A stretch of DNA of 64,000 nucleotides, from NCBI GenBank assembly GCA_965603825.1, contig CBFDEM010000023.1, positions 62,001-126,000 of the forward strand, read 5' to 3'. Both the position numbers and the translations under genes were made by a program. The notes under the pieces were generated by a model, which worked only from the letters and a program-made list of their open reading frames with translations, was not told the origin of the DNA and made no database searches. Below are positions 11,374 through 25,999 of this stretch, piece after piece (position 1 is the first letter of the stretch; each line of letters starts with the position of its first letter). Origin of the DNA: Blepharisma stoltei ATCC 30299 (taxonomy: Eukaryota; Protista; Ciliophora).

Positions 11374-14300
11374 ATGGAGTCTGATTTAACACCACGCGCA
11401 AAAGAAGAACACGAGCACAAAGCCTACTCTAAGCTTCTTGAATTTGAAATCAAAGAATGAGAACAAGAAAAACTTCGCGAAAAGCTTGGCAAGCCATTTG
11501 GCCGCTTACCTCCTTTTAAACTTGACATATTATCTCGGGAATCTCCGACATTTCTCCGTCCTGATTCTAATAGAGCTTTTTCTACAGATAAACTTCTCAT
11601 CCAAGAAGGCTCATCTACGGCACGTTATGGACATACTTATAAAGCTCCTAAAGGACTTCCTCCATTATCCCGAGATAAATCTGCAACAATAATTCCTAAT
11701 TTTCAGCTGACTTTTGACAAGTTTTACCCCGTTTTAGAAGCTGTAAAAACAATAGGTCCAGACAAAAAATTATCACTCCCTCCTTCGAAAAGAAACAGAT
11801 TAGGCGACGATAGCCCATTTTTCAGCCAAACTCCGAAAGAAATTGAAAAAATCCCAGAATCAGAGCAGTTTCAATTTGGAGTGCCAAGTGATAAAAATGT
11901 GTTAGAATTCAACCCATTTGTGAGGCCTTCAGGCAAAAATTATTTCTTTCCTTTAGAAATGTTTATTTGTGAAGACTTGAAATTTGAAGAAATGGATTAT
12001 CCACAAGATGGGTTTTCGAGATGGAGGACTAAAGAAGGCCAAACAGTCTGAAACGAATGCGTAGTGATTAGTTATAACCAGCTCGCACACAAGTTTGCAA
12101 TACAATGGAAAGATAAAGAAGGAATTAAAGAAGTGCCAAGGATGAATCTAATGTTTGCATGGGAAAATAAAGAAGAGTTTTTTAAGAAGCTCAAAGAAGC
12201 TGAAAACGCGAGGGTTGAGCATGAGGCTGGGGTGAGATATCTGGGGAGACTAGAAATAGAAACAAACTACGAAATCACCAATCAAAGAATTAAGCTGCCA
12301 CTTAAAAGAGAAAAAAAAATCCTCAAAAGAGTCGGAAAAGTTAGTAATCCAGTCGTATTAGATGACATTATGAACGAAATAAGAGAGCATTATGTCAGAG
12401 GAATTGTGCAGTATTCCTTTGACCTCGAACATTTTGCAAAAGAAATGAAAAGGTCAGAAAAACCTTGGCTCGATCACTTAAAACGGCAAGAAAACGTCCA
12501 TGATATGGTAATTTCTGAAACAAACTACAGCAGAGACCATATCTACGAAACTCAAGAAAAATTGCTAAAACTAAGCGAAATCTCACCTGAGGAACAAAAA
12601 ATTTTACTGAAAATAATTGGAGACATGAACACTATTAAATATATGAAATTTTACCATTATTTAATAGAAATTGACGCAAATGAGAGGATTCTCCCGATAA
12701 GTGACTTGGAGTACCAAATGAAAGAAGGGTACAAAGAAGTGAGAATAAAGATAGACGCAATAGCCAAAAGAGCACAAACAAAGCTGGAGCACTTTGATGA
12801 TATGCCAGAAAAAAATTATTTGCTTGCAGAAATGCTGCTGGAAAGCAATTTGCAGGTCGCGGTGTCTGACTCAATTGACCAGCTGATGGATTATTTTAAA
12901 AAATATTATACAACGGTGCCGCTTAATACTGCTGGGCTTGATATTCTTTCTTTACTGCCAGAGCGTGTTTATAGGATTCGAGTTGAAGCAAGAGACAAGC
13001 TTAACCTTTATACAGCCCCTGTCCTAAAATTTTTTGAGTATGATGATCCTATAATACATTCTATCAATCTTGCAAGATGCTGCATTAAAAAATTACAAGA
13101 AAGTTTATACTCAAATGACGGCGAATTTTTTTCGTCTGATATAAAGCCGCTAGTTTCAATAGAAATTTTATCAAAAAGTACATTACAAAAAATAAAAAAA
13201 GGCCAAGGGCTGAAGCTTTATAATATAGAATTTCAGCACAAAACTCGTGACGAAACTTTCCATCGCCGAAGCAAAAGAGTGAATACACAGTTGTCCTCAC
13301 AAAATATCAAAAGAGACTCCATGCACGACCCTGTCAGAAATTTGCTAGCAAGTGATGAAGAATGTAAAATAGACCCTGATTATATATTTGAGACCAAAGG
13401 CAAGCCCAGCTCTTTAATGAATAATGAGCTCTGCTGGCTAAAAGTTGATTGTAAATCATTTAATATGGTTTTCAGCCCAAGTCTAGAATTTATTGAAGAA
13501 GCTTTTAAAGACATCGTCAAAGTCCCGCTGCGAGCTATTTCTACAATTAGAAGAATTAAAAGAAATAGGGCCTGAAATGACCATATTTCAGTAAATAACG
13601 CAAATTCTGAATACTCCAGGTTTATGTCTATGGCAAGGGAAGCTTTGCATTACAATTTTTATGGCCCGGTTTCGCTGTTGGCAATATTAAGAAGCTATGA
13701 CTATTTGGTGAAAATGAAGGTAAATCAGCTGTTTAAGTTTATAGTGCAAGAACATATTGATGATTATGCAGGGCTGCGCAATGAAATGATTAGGCTGAAT
13801 GATGATATCGATTTCTTTGAAAATAAGCTACCTACTGTGATGAAATTTGGATTATTACAAGTAGATTTACGATTAATAAAAAGTGAACTTTTACATAACT
13901 CCCAAGAACTGCTAAAAAATCTAAAGCTGGAGCTAGAAGATGAACAAATTGGGATCTTAAATGAAGCCTACGAAAAGCTTGACGCCATTGTAGCGAAACT
14001 CCACTGCCAGCCTAAAACAGTTGAAGAGTTCGTAGAAATGCAAAAATATTTAGAAGACAATGGAGACCTCAAAGAATTCCAAAGAGTCGAAGAAGACTTA
14101 AACCAGGTTTCCTATATCATGCAAACCTTAGATTATTTTAAACATGCAGGAAACCCTGAATATTTAATGAAATGGTGGGAAACCAAATCATGAAATTGAA
14201 AGCTGCAGCTCGGCAGAGAAGAAGCTTTAAAGTCATTGGAAAAGCTTTTCCCTATGTTTCGAGAGCTTGTCAAACAAAGTGTTGTCGCGCTAAAAGAAAA

Positions 14301-17300
14301 GCTGAAAGTTACAAAAAATTCTATGGCTGAGTTCGCTGCCCTTTATGACATAAACCAAGGCGACGTGTATGCTGCAATGGCTAAAGAAATCATACTAGAA
14401 ATTGACGAATTCTCAAATGAAAGTGAGCTAATAAACAAACGAGAAGAAGTTTTAGGCTTTGCCAAGTCAGATTTTTCTGAAATCCAAAGGATGAAGGACG
14501 AGTTTAACAAGTACTACCAGCTTTGGAGCTATGTAAGGCTCTGAAACGAAAGGTGCAACTCATGGATGTACCATCCTTTTAAGTTCATTAAAGCTGGACA
14601 AGTAGAGGAAACCCTTCGAGACGGAATTTCTCTGCTAAATAAGCTAGAAACTGAGTTTACAGGGAACCAAATTTTATTAGGTGTTGTAATAGAAGTCCAG
14701 ACCAAGCTGAGTGCTTTTGAAAAATACTTGCCATTTGTCCTATGTTTAAGTGACAAAAGCATGCTCATGAGGCATTGAAAACAGATTTGGGACCTTTTAG
14801 GACCTCTAGACGTAGATATGCTTGACTCAGCAAGGCTGGAATCACAAACTCTGCAGCAGCTTTTGGAGAAAAAAATCACATCATATTTAGATAAAGTTAC
14901 AGAAATTTCAATGATCGCTAGACATGAGCACGAAATAGAGCAGGTGCTGTATACAATTGATAAGGATATTAGTGCCAGGTTGAATATTGAGCCTGTTGAA
15001 GACTACCCTGATATATTAATTGCCACAAAAGTGGTCGAAAATCTTTGTATCATTAAAGAGCATCATTTAACGCTGACTTTTCTATTGAAATCGTCTAGAT
15101 ATGTGGATTATTTTAAGTCACAGATTGTGGAGAATCAGCATATACTTTCCAAGCTAAAATATTTCCTTGAAGACCTTAACAATTTCCAAAACAAATGACT
15201 CGACCTATACCCACTATTTTCACTCCCAGAAATATCTGAAGCAATGAGACAGGAAACCAGTGAAATCAAAGAAATCAATACAATGTACCAAAAACGCTTG
15301 GAGTTTTTGCAAAGCAATTCTATTGGTTCTACAGCCTCTGAAGGGCAGTTTAAAAGTATCATTGAAGTTAATGAAAGACTTGACGCAATCAGAGAAAAGC
15401 TAAAAAGAGAGCTTAAGAGGAAGCAGGAAACCTGTGCAAGATTCAGCTTTATCGTCTTTGAAAACCTGCTTGCTATGCTAAAACAGATTATTCTTGAAAA
15501 GCCAGTAGACCTAAGCTTGCTTTTTTCTGGCCTGATTGCCGCACCTACGAATTCCCATTCTTTGTCAATAATTTCAAGGAAAAATTGCAATGTGGAGCTG
15601 ATAGACTCAGTAACTATTTCTATAGCTAGCAGAAAAGTCCCTATAGAAAAATGGGTCAGTGACTTAGAAAGGAGCTTGGTCAAGACTTTTCAAGCGGAAT
15701 TTAACAAAAATATAGCGGAAGCTTTTAATAATGAAAATTGGTGGATGAGTGTAAAAGACCCACAAATTCTGAAAACTGTGCAAATAGCCAAGTTTTCTTA
15801 TGAAATCAATGATATTTTATTTGTACAGAAACGCAGGCCACTGCTAAGCAATCTGAGAGAAAAATATTTAGCACTGCATAACAAAGTGGCTGAATTTGTA
15901 TGTCCTCTGCATAAAGAAAATTGAAAGGTTAACAACACAACGCTAGAAGGGATTTTTGCAATAGAAGAAAAAGCAAAAAAAAGGAAACTTTTTATACAGT
16001 TTTCGATAGACCTGCTTTCTTATATAAACGTAATTGATAACTTGCTGGGATCTTCTGACGATTTTCACTGGATTTCTTTTATAAAATACAGACTTTCCGG
16101 AGATTTCTCAAAGTTCCCTACAAATTTCCAAATTTCAGTCGAAATTCTTGATTTCGTGCAAGATTTTGGCTATGAGTACCACGATATGGAAAGATATATC
16201 CCTACGCCTCTATCAGACAGGACCATGCTAAACATAATCAACACAATCCACAACGGCTACAGCTCAATCCTTATGGGTGACAGCAACGCTGGCAAAACCA
16301 CTATGCTTAGGCAGCTTGCCATGATCTGTGGTAAACCTCTCTGTATTTTGCGCTGCACAGAGTCTTCTACTTATAAAGTTATCATGAATTTACTTATAGG
16401 ATGTGCCCAAGGAGGATATTGGGGAGTTCTAGAAGAAGTAAATTACCTTGATATTTCTTTAATCAGTACTATGCTTTTTCACTTACGAGACGTTCATGAA
16501 AAACTCCAAGGAAAATATAATAAAGTACTTATAGGGGAACGGCTAATAAAAATCAACCCAGGGTTCAGCTTATTCTGTACCACCTCTGCCAGGAACCCAA
16601 AAGCCCCAAAATCAATGTACAGCTCTTTTAGACCTCTAAAACTAATTGAGCCAAATTTTACGATTGTAGCGGAATACACCTTGGCGGCTTATGGGATTAA
16701 AAACGCAAAGGAATATGCCCAAAAAATAACCACGACTATGAAAATCCTAGAAACCAATTTTTATTCAGTTACCCGGCCTATTCTGTCTGACACCATTTTT
16801 GCGTTTTCTACAGGAGTTTCTGGGCTGCAAAGGCTTATGCAGAGGATAATGGATTTAGCTGACAAAGACCCGAGAAAAGATATGAATATTATTATAGCGG
16901 AATCTATATATAAAAGATACTCTAAAGAAATGAGGGATGGGCTGATTGACGTTTTAGTTGAAGTTTTGGAGTCAGTTTTTAAGGTAGATTTGGAGTATCA
17001 TAAAGAAAATAATGGGCTGGAAAAGCATAGAAATTTATTTATTGAGGCTATGCGAGACTTAAATATTGTGCCGTCAGAAAATTTGCTGATAAAGTGTCAG
17101 ACGTTGTGGAATTTAGTTATAAACGTAAAAAGAAGGAAATGGGTTATAGTGTCCGGGCCTCCTTGCACAGGAAAAACGTCAATTTTGACTGTGATTGCGT
17201 GGGCTTATGCTTTGAAGAAATCCAGAGGGTTTTGTATTCATAAGCTTAGTAGTGATTTTACTGCCAAAATGCTGGACCGACTTGTAGACTTTACTACAAA

Positions 17301-20300
17301 TCCAAGCATAGCTCCGAAACATTCAATGTATTGTACTTTTCATATTTCTAAGTATCCAATGAAAACTGGCTACACTTCTAATGATTGGATTGCAATTGAT
17401 TCCAAAGACATAGACTTTGAATTCGCTCTTTTAAATTCTATGACAAAGCCCATTTATTTTTCATCAGAAGGGAAAAAAATCCCGCTCAGCCTGGACTCAA
17501 AATTGATTATAGAAGTAGAAAAACTTGACAAGCTAACGCCTCACGATTTATCAGACTTTTCTGTTTTCTGCACCTCATCTATCGATTTAGACCCTAAAAT
17601 TCTATACCACAATATAGCTTCAAAAATAGAAAACTCTGATAAAGATTTTTTTGAAATCCAATACGAAAAAGTGTGGCTTCCTCTCTACAATTTTGTGAAT
17701 TCCTGCGAAAAACTGAATTTTAAGCTAGAATACCGCATCTGGATTATACAGTTTTTAAGGCTTTTCCAAGCATTAATGAAAGATCTTTCGAGTGATTTCG
17801 TCAAAAACCACTCAGGGACCTTTAATAATCCTATTCAGAAAAAATATTCAAACCAATTATCCTTTAAGCCTAATCCAAACCTGTCTTTTTCTATGGACTC
17901 CTCATTTGACAAATCAAAAAATGGCAAAAATATGAACTATAACCCTGAAGAAGTCGACAAAACTGGAGAAATGATGTCTAACTTATTGCAGTATATAGCT
18001 GGGCTGAAAAGTAACGAAAATAACCCGGTAGCTCCTGCACTTTTGTGGGAATCTTTATATATAAACGCTATAGTCTATACACTTGGGTCTTGTTTATGCG
18101 AAGACGATAAAGAAAAATTCAGCCAGGTCTTATACGGAATTTTGGAGAATTTTAACGACGCCTATGCAGGAGGGCTAAAATCAAGAATGCTAGAAGGTAA
18201 AGGACACTCTATTTTTGACTATTATTTTTCTACGACGACTAATCAATGGATGTCCTGAAGTGACGACACATTTTCTATCCAATCAGAGCTTGTCCCTAAA
18301 TCTAATTTTAACAACCCTTCTACCTCAACCCAATACCATAAGCAAAAAACAATAAAAAACGAAGAAATCATCAGAGAAGCAATAAAACCTAAAAAAGCCC
18401 AAGAAGCCTTAAGTCTGCTTAACAGCAACGAAATAATGATGATCTACACCAAAACTTCTCGAAAAACCTTATATTGGCTGAACTACTGTTTCCAGAGAAA
18501 AATCCATACTTTTTTATATGGTCACCATCAGACAGGCAAGACAAGCATAATACAGCATCTTTTGCATCGACAAATTGAGTCAGGGTATTGCGGAGTTTTG
18601 TCAATAGCCCTGACTGAAAAAACTATTGTGGGCTCTGTTCAGCATATGATATCAAATTCAATGGACCATATAAGGGACAATTTTTTAAGAGGCCCAGGAG
18701 GTGTAAAGCAGTTTATCGTGATTGACGATTTAAATTTGGACGTTGAAGGGAATATTTATGAAATGATGAGGTTTTGGAATGAGACTGGAGGGTGGTATGA
18801 TGAGCAGTTTTTGACGGTCAATGATTTAGTGCTGCTGCCTGTCCATGGGTTTGGGAAAATCAAGCGACCATTGTACCAGAGAGCTTTGAGGAATTTTGTG
18901 ATTGTTTATAAGGAGCCTTATTCTGACGCAGAAATTGGGTCGATTTTTAGAGAAACAATTTCTGTTGAAGCAGTATCGTCAAGCGAAAATAGCGAAGAAG
19001 GAGAAGATATGTACTCAGTCATGGATTTAACAGTAAATTCTTATATAAAGCTGTATGAGAAGCTAAAAGGGTATTTTGAGGAACTTGAAAAGTCTTGGCT
19101 TAATATTAATCTGCAGAAATTCATGGACTGCTTAAGATGCATAGGAAAATTCAGGATGGTCGAAAACCTTGAATTGACTGATTTTCTTAAAGTCTGGAGC
19201 TATATCAATAAGCTTTATTTTGTGGACCAATTCTGGTATATACCTGAAAATGAGGAAGAAGACAAAAAAGCTGGAATCATCAGCGAAATTTACGATATAA
19301 TCCAAGACCATTATTACGGTTTTCTCAACGAATTTGAGCAGGACGAAGATAATATTGAAGAAATTGAAAAATCCGCAATTTTGATTGACAAATCTATAAT
19401 CAGCAATGGGCCTAGCGAGTATGTCTCAATAAACCAAGAAATCGGTGCTTTAATTTTAAACAAATTTGACGAGGCAATAGAGAAATCCAAAACAACCCAT
19501 TCAGAAGAACTGAAACATCTCTGTAAATGCTATTTCACCCCTGAAAAACTGCTTGGAAAATACATTAATCTGTATATAAATATTTTGTTCGATATACAGC
19601 AGAGGAATCCTTGTGAAATTGTGACGACCGCTCATGAAGCTTATGTGGTCCGAGCTCTTGCGATTGCTGCAGGGAATACTCTGGGGATTCCTGTGTTTAA
19701 CATGAATAAAGGCCAGAACAGCCAGGAATTAGTGACTAATGATTTTGAAAATTTTGGGATTGGAGCTCATTTCCCGCTGCCAATTGAAGCTCGTTATAAC
19801 TTTAAAAAGATTATTGATAGAGCTTGCTTAAACAAGCATTCTTTGATCACATTTACAATTCTTGACAACAATTTGAATACGTCTTTTATTAAAGGGATGC
19901 TGGAAATTTTCAATGATATTGCAAGTGCAAGCGCACTTAAAGCAGGACAGTGCTTAAAATTCATCCAAGAAGCGATCCAAAAGATGAAAAAAGACTTCCC
20001 AAACCTGAAATTTTTGCTTGACGAGCAGCTTATTCAGTGGGTTTTTGAACAAATCAGGACTTACACCACAATAATTCTTATTGTAGAGACTGAGCAGTAT
20101 TTGTTTACTAGAGCTCCTAATGAACCTCAAGGCGTTCTAGAGAAACTTAAGTACTTTTACTTGCCTCTCTACAAATCCTCAAGACTCGTGTGCTATAATA
20201 CCTTGAAAGCTCCTTATTCTATATTAGAAGCTCTTGTTATTCAAGAAGACTTTTTAAACAAATGGGCTTCAGATCTAGATAATTCTATATTATCAGGTTT

Positions 20301-23300
20301 TCTGGCTCGCTACCAAGCACTTACCAGTGATAAAGAAGAAGCAGAGTATACAGTTGAGCTATTTACATACTATACCAATAAAATTCATCAGAAAAATTTA
20401 GATACAATCGAAAAGAAGCTGGAGTATCTCCACAAAGCTATCAAAAAAGCTGAGTTTTTAGACCATGAAGTTGAGCACTCCCATGAGAGAATCACCAAAA
20501 TTGAAGATGAGCTATCCTTACAAAGCGCCAGGCTTCAAGAGCTGGAAAAAACAAAGCATCAACTAAGCCTTGATTTGCAGTTCGTCGAGAGCGTAGGGTT
20601 TTTGGCTGATTTTTTTGTGGAGTATGAAACAAAAAAAGATGAGTTTTTGGAACAATATGAACAAGCTAAAGAAGACTTTGAAGGACTTGTAGAAAGTGTT
20701 GTCCCTGAAGATTATGAAGAACTGGAAACGCTTTCAGCGTTTCCTATGCCGTTAATGGTTTTGGGAATGGGATTAGCAATGCTGACTTCTAGCAAAATAA
20801 ATAGTTTTCTGCATGAGAAGCTGGAATCGGTAGCTAAGCCAATATTGATAGGATTTGGGAAAAATTATAGAGAAGCCCAAAAAAAGCTGAGGAGGATAAA
20901 GCTAGAGACGATTCCTGACTTGTCAGAAGTTTTAAACCACCCTGCAGTAAGAGATTTTGGAGGAAATAGGCTACAGAAATCTTTTAAAGCCATATATAGA
21001 ATTATTGATACATGCCAAAGATATAAGACTCTAAGTGAGCAGTATGATATTAAAGAAAATGAATGGGCCGAAGCTGAAAAATTATTGCCAATAGAAAAAG
21101 AGAATTTAAGAGCAAAAGAAAAAGCAAAAATCATTGAAAGCTTGAGCAAGCTAGAACCAGAAAGAGAAGCCTTGAAGAATCAAATTCAAAAGCTAAGCAA
21201 ACTGATAGAAACAATAAACAACCAAAAACCCAAAGCAGCCGTCCTCACCCGCGCTATGAAGGCTCATAGAATGAAATGGGTCCACGAAATCAACGAGTGC
21301 CAAGGGCAATCTGAGCAACTTTATGGAAACTCCATCATTCTAGCATTCATGCTTCTTAAAGGCCTCCACTACCGCCACCCTCAGCGTGATACTTTAATCG
21401 ACGAGCTTTGTCAATTTTTAATTTCAAAAGAAGTAAAATTCCATAAATCTCAAAAAGCCTTGATTCACCAGCTCACATTTGACCCATTTTTCTATGAAAA
21501 ATGCAACCTTATTTTGCCTGACTCTTTATTTTTCAAACAAAGTGCAGCTGCAATCAGTGCAGTTTTTGAGCTAGACCTTCCTTACCCCCTAATTTATGAC
21601 ACAAATGGGGTTGCTGCTAGATTTATCCAGGAACGAGAAGCCAAAAACCTCGAAACCCTTATGCTGGAAGCTGGTTTTGAGCAAAAACTCAGCAAAGCTA
21701 TGATTGAAGGCAAAGCCATTTTAGTTATAAACCCTTCCCCTTCCATTTACAAAGTTTTAACCCCAATCATCTCCTTACGATCCCAAGTCTCCTTTGAAAA
21801 CTTGCGTGGTAATAAATCCGAAACTGCCAAACAAATAAAAATTTCGACAAAATTATGCCCTTTTAACATGGATTTCCGACTATATATTTGTACCAGAGAA
21901 GTGCCACATACTTTTGTAAAATCAATGATGACGTTTATATCAATGGACTTAATGGAGCCAAGCAGCTGGAAATCTTATGAATACTCACGAATTGTAGAGC
22001 TTGTCGACAATAAAGACTACTTAGCGAAGCTAAAACAGTACGGAAATGAAATAAATACAAAGGAAACTAGTAAAAATGCTGAAGAAGAGCTATTAAGATA
22101 TATCGCTGATGATAATTTTACAGACATTTTGGCTGATGAGCAATCTTTAGAAGCGATATATAAAAAATGGAAAAAGGCTTATACGTTTGACACTGAAGGC
22201 TTTGATAAGAAAAACATGACAAAAAGTTTTGATGTGAGGTCGCCCACAGCTATATATGATAAGAGGGTCAGAACTTTTGAACCGCCGAGTGAAAATGATG
22301 CACCGATTATACTGATGGCAGAGCTGCAAGGGTTTTTAGACGAACTTTATGGAATTTTGAAGTCCATTGATATACTAAATGGAGAATTTGGCTGTTATTC
22401 TATATCTAGTCACATTTTTTCTGTGTTAATTGATATTAGTATAGCGGAGTTTCAAAAAGAAGGAGAATTGCCTGGGGTTGACCAGCTAGCTGCAAACTCT
22501 GGGTCTATTGTGTATAGAATTGTAGTTAGGATCTGCAATAGTTTACCCACAAATCTGAGGCATAGGTTTTTGATTTATATTATGCTGAATAAATACTATG
22601 AAACTCATAAACCGGACTCAAAAGAATTTCTGTCGATTTTGCAAGATATTAATATAAATATTGTACAGGAGCCTAAAAGCCATGATAATTATCACAGGCT
22701 CTCAGAAATGCTAGGAAAATACCCCAATTTATTGCCTCCTGACCTTACAATTGATTCTTCACAGATAAAGTTTTTCCTGTCAAATCCTTTATATCGTGAT
22801 TCACGCCTTCCACATACAGTTGTGATGCCTCATAAGCTGCTACTATATTCTGCATTTCGGCCTGAATTAATTTCTCAGCTGATCCCTGAGCTACTATCAG
22901 AAACTTATGGCTATAGATTCATTTATATTCCTCCACCTGTTTTCAAGCTTGTTACAAGCACAGACGAGTCCACGCCAAATGCTTACCCTATAATGATTTC
23001 TTATGAAGAAGAAAATCCAATTGAAATGCTTAAATATGAATGCGAAGAAATGTCAATTCCTTTTGAAGTCATTGAGCCACTTATGATAGGCCAAATAGGC
23101 AAAGACAAAAAAGACATCGCTATGAAAAGCAACGTCCGACCAATTATTCAAACCCTACACCAAAATTCTGAAATGAGGAAATGGATCATAATAGACAATA
23201 TACAAATTTTAAATAAAATCGAGGTAGAGCTGCTTTATACAGTGATAGACGAAGTCATGAAAAACCCTGGAATATCTCCAAGCTTCAGGCTATGGATTCT

Positions 23301-25140
23301 TCATGAGGGCTCTTTAGAGAACTCCCCACATCTCTGGCTTCTGTTTAAAAACTCGTTAAAGCTTCATTTCAGCGCTTTGAAATCGAGCCAGGAAAAACTG
23401 ATCCATTGGTATATGACAAGTGACCAAGATTATTATATACATTTCCGTGATAAGGTCATTAATAAGTACCATTTCCATATTTCGTCAAACCCGACGGCGA
23501 CACAAGCTTTATTTAGCAGAGCTTCTAAGTATAAAAAGTCATCAACCAAAATGCTGCCTTCGTCACTATTATTCTCTAAGCAAATAAAAAATGCACTAGC
23601 TATAATTTATCCAGAAATCCAGCAGGAGGGGTCTAAAGAAGCCAAAAATGAGCAAGAAATTCAATCCCCAGAGCTGGTTCATGAAAAATTCAAAGAAGCC
23701 TTAACCTTCAACTTTGGCGTAGTTTATTCCGCTTTGTCCCTTAGAGCTAAATTTATTAATAAATCCGAAATTTTGCCATCAAGAGACATGCATATAATAG
23801 TAGAAAAAGCCATTAGCATAAGCATCAAGCATATGCAGACCACAGATTTTAAAGACTTTGTCAGCTTTGTAAGCCTGAATTTCGGGACTTTTTGGAATTT
23901 AGATGACAATCCCTATAAGGTTTACGCTTTATTGAATTTTTTAAAGCACACAATTTCTACTGAGAAGAAAAATTTGGTGTTTTGACTGCCTAATAAAAGC
24001 TCGCTGAGTTATCCTCTTTACCATATGGAAAAAATAGGACATGAAGGGGCTATTGATGCACTCATTGATAGTACGCCTAGCCAGGATCATTTAATGTTTG
24101 CAGGGCTGCCACATGTGTGGTATACAGACCAAGAAGCAAATAATGCAAAAATGGTGCTACAGATTATAAAGCCATTTTTACATACCATCACAGCACCTGT
24201 TTTTGGGCTTGATGCAGCTGCAGTTCAGACTCAAAAAGCTGCAGAGGCTTATAAAGAAGCTATTAGGACGATAGAAGAGCTGATGGCTATGATTCCTGAA
24301 ATTCCTGAAATCCCTCTGGATAATTCTGGGGATTTTATATCTATAATTGAGGTCTATGAGAAAAAAGATTTCAATCATATAACTACGATCATAAAAGATA
24401 ATTTAGAAAAAATTTATTTTTACCTTAATTACAAGACAGCTAAAATTTCCAAGGCAAATTGGCAGATTCTGTCTGATATTATAAATCAAAAAATCCCTGA
24501 AGAATGGAGCAAAAAGGGACCTTATTGTTCAAGAACCCATGAGTCCTCAAAGGATTTCTTAAGCCATATATTTAACCGTGTAAAAGAACTGAATTTTAAA
24601 GTCCCAATTATTGATTTAAGATCTTGCTATAGTCCTTATAGGCTTCTGTGGCTGTATTTAAGGCATGAAGCTATGAAAAATAAATGGAATCTGTATGAAT
24701 GCTGCATTTCTGCATATATTTATGATGGAGCTCACGATGGTCTAGTTGTTTCAGGATTATCAATTCATAATGCGCTTCTGGAAGATGGACTTATAGTGAA
24801 TGCTGACAATAAAGAGCTGAGATTTACATTGCCTCCTTTGCTGCTTAAGGTGATGTGCTCTTATGAGTCAATGCCAAAAGGCCTTACTGTGTATCTTGCT
24901 TCAAACAGCTCAAATATCCCTAATACAACTGAAATTTCTAGAGAAACAAGAATTAATTCCTTAGCTGAAGCACTCAGCAAGTCAATTCCCTACTCCAAAA
25001 CTAAATCAAAGCCAACCCACCACCTCTGAAACCAGATCTTCTGCCCCCTTTTCCACGAGAAACTTGACTGCTGATTCATGTTTGACTCAATCCTTCCTCA
25101 ATCCCACTGGAGCAAGAGAGCGCTTTCGGTTGACATATAA
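11374..25140 (+). CDS. Divergent axonemal dynein heavy chain (4588 aa, no intron needed), inner-arm/DNAH1-like N-terminus
   Basis: Nine track ORFs lie in one frame separated only by TGA, several at conserved Trp (RHWKQI, QNKWL.L.P.F, WMSW). Three P-loops (GDSNAGKT, GPPCTGKT, GHHQTGKT), stalk coiled coil, PLIYD..G.A..FI, FRLYI, FRLWI, IPEEW, C-terminal SHWSKRALSV. Confidence 0.88.
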
Positions 25141-25152
25141 ATTATTAACTAA

Positions 25153-25975
25153 TTAAAAATATAGACTTGTTTTCTGGTAGAAATCAGTCAGCCACAGGAC
25201 TTTCTGGAACTCCTCTCTGCCAATGCTTCCCTTTTCTGCTATGTCCACTTCTCTAAAAATGTACTTCACAACTTCTTGTATATCCAGCTTCGACAGATTT
25301 TCACGCGTCATAGTCTTTATTGCCAGAGATAAATCTTGAGGACTTATAGCGCCGTCTCCATCAAAATCATAAAGCTTGAATAAAACTATATAAGAAATAC
25401 ACGTGATTTTGGTATCTATAGGAGTTCTAGGACAAAATACAGTCAAATATAAGCAAAACTGGTGAAAAGTAATGTAGCTTATAAAATCAACAGACTCGAA
25501 ATCCATTTTTACAGTGTTCAATTCTTTTTCGTTTTCTTGAGGCTCTTTTTTAGACTTTTCTTCTTCAGGGGCTACTTTAGAAGAAGCGGTAGGGGGTGGC
25601 TGCTTTGGCTGGACCTTGGTAAACAGCACATCTTCGTCAAGAGGTTTTTTTTCTTCTTCAGTGAGAGGAAGCCCTTTTATGTACTCTTCACTTTTTAGAG
25701 GTATAGCAATCCTTAGTCGGTGGCGGAAAGGGTTATACATGAGCTCCCGCATTGACAGAAACTGCTGATTTGTCAAAGCGTCGCGCTTCTGAGTGTCTAG
25801 CTCACTGAAACGTTTATAAAGTCCGATTAATTCTTTAGCGCTGTCTATTATTAGCGTTACAGTTTGTTTTCATTATTGTATCATAGATTTCTTCTGCTGT
25901 GATTGAGTTATTAGAAAGCAAAATTAGCTCCATGATGTAGTCTTCTTCAGTTTGGCTGCGAAATGCATTTCCCAT
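25153..25975 (-). CDS. Calcineurin B/CIB-like EF-hand protein with putative N-myristoylation (MGNAF)
   Basis: After splicing 25845-25860: TNYSAKELIGLYKRFSELD...F..M.EL..NPF..R; LFKLYDFDGDGAI; second intron 25386-25400. Confidence 0.85.
25386..25400 (-). other. 15-nt in-frame intron
   Basis: GTATTTCTTATATAG; removal restores KITFLFKLYD. Confidence 0.75.
25845..25860 (-). other. 16-nt spliceosomal intron
   Basis: GTAACGCTAATAATAG; removal joins the MGNAF exon in frame. Confidence 0.85.
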
Positions 25976-25999
25976 TTATTGAAAATTTGAATTATAAAA

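Noticed and set aside
11374-25140. Dynein, SET, kinesin and TM genes as pseudogenes or selenoproteins because of in-frame TGA
   Set aside because: The TGAs fall at conserved Trp positions and no TAA/TAG or frameshifts accompany them.
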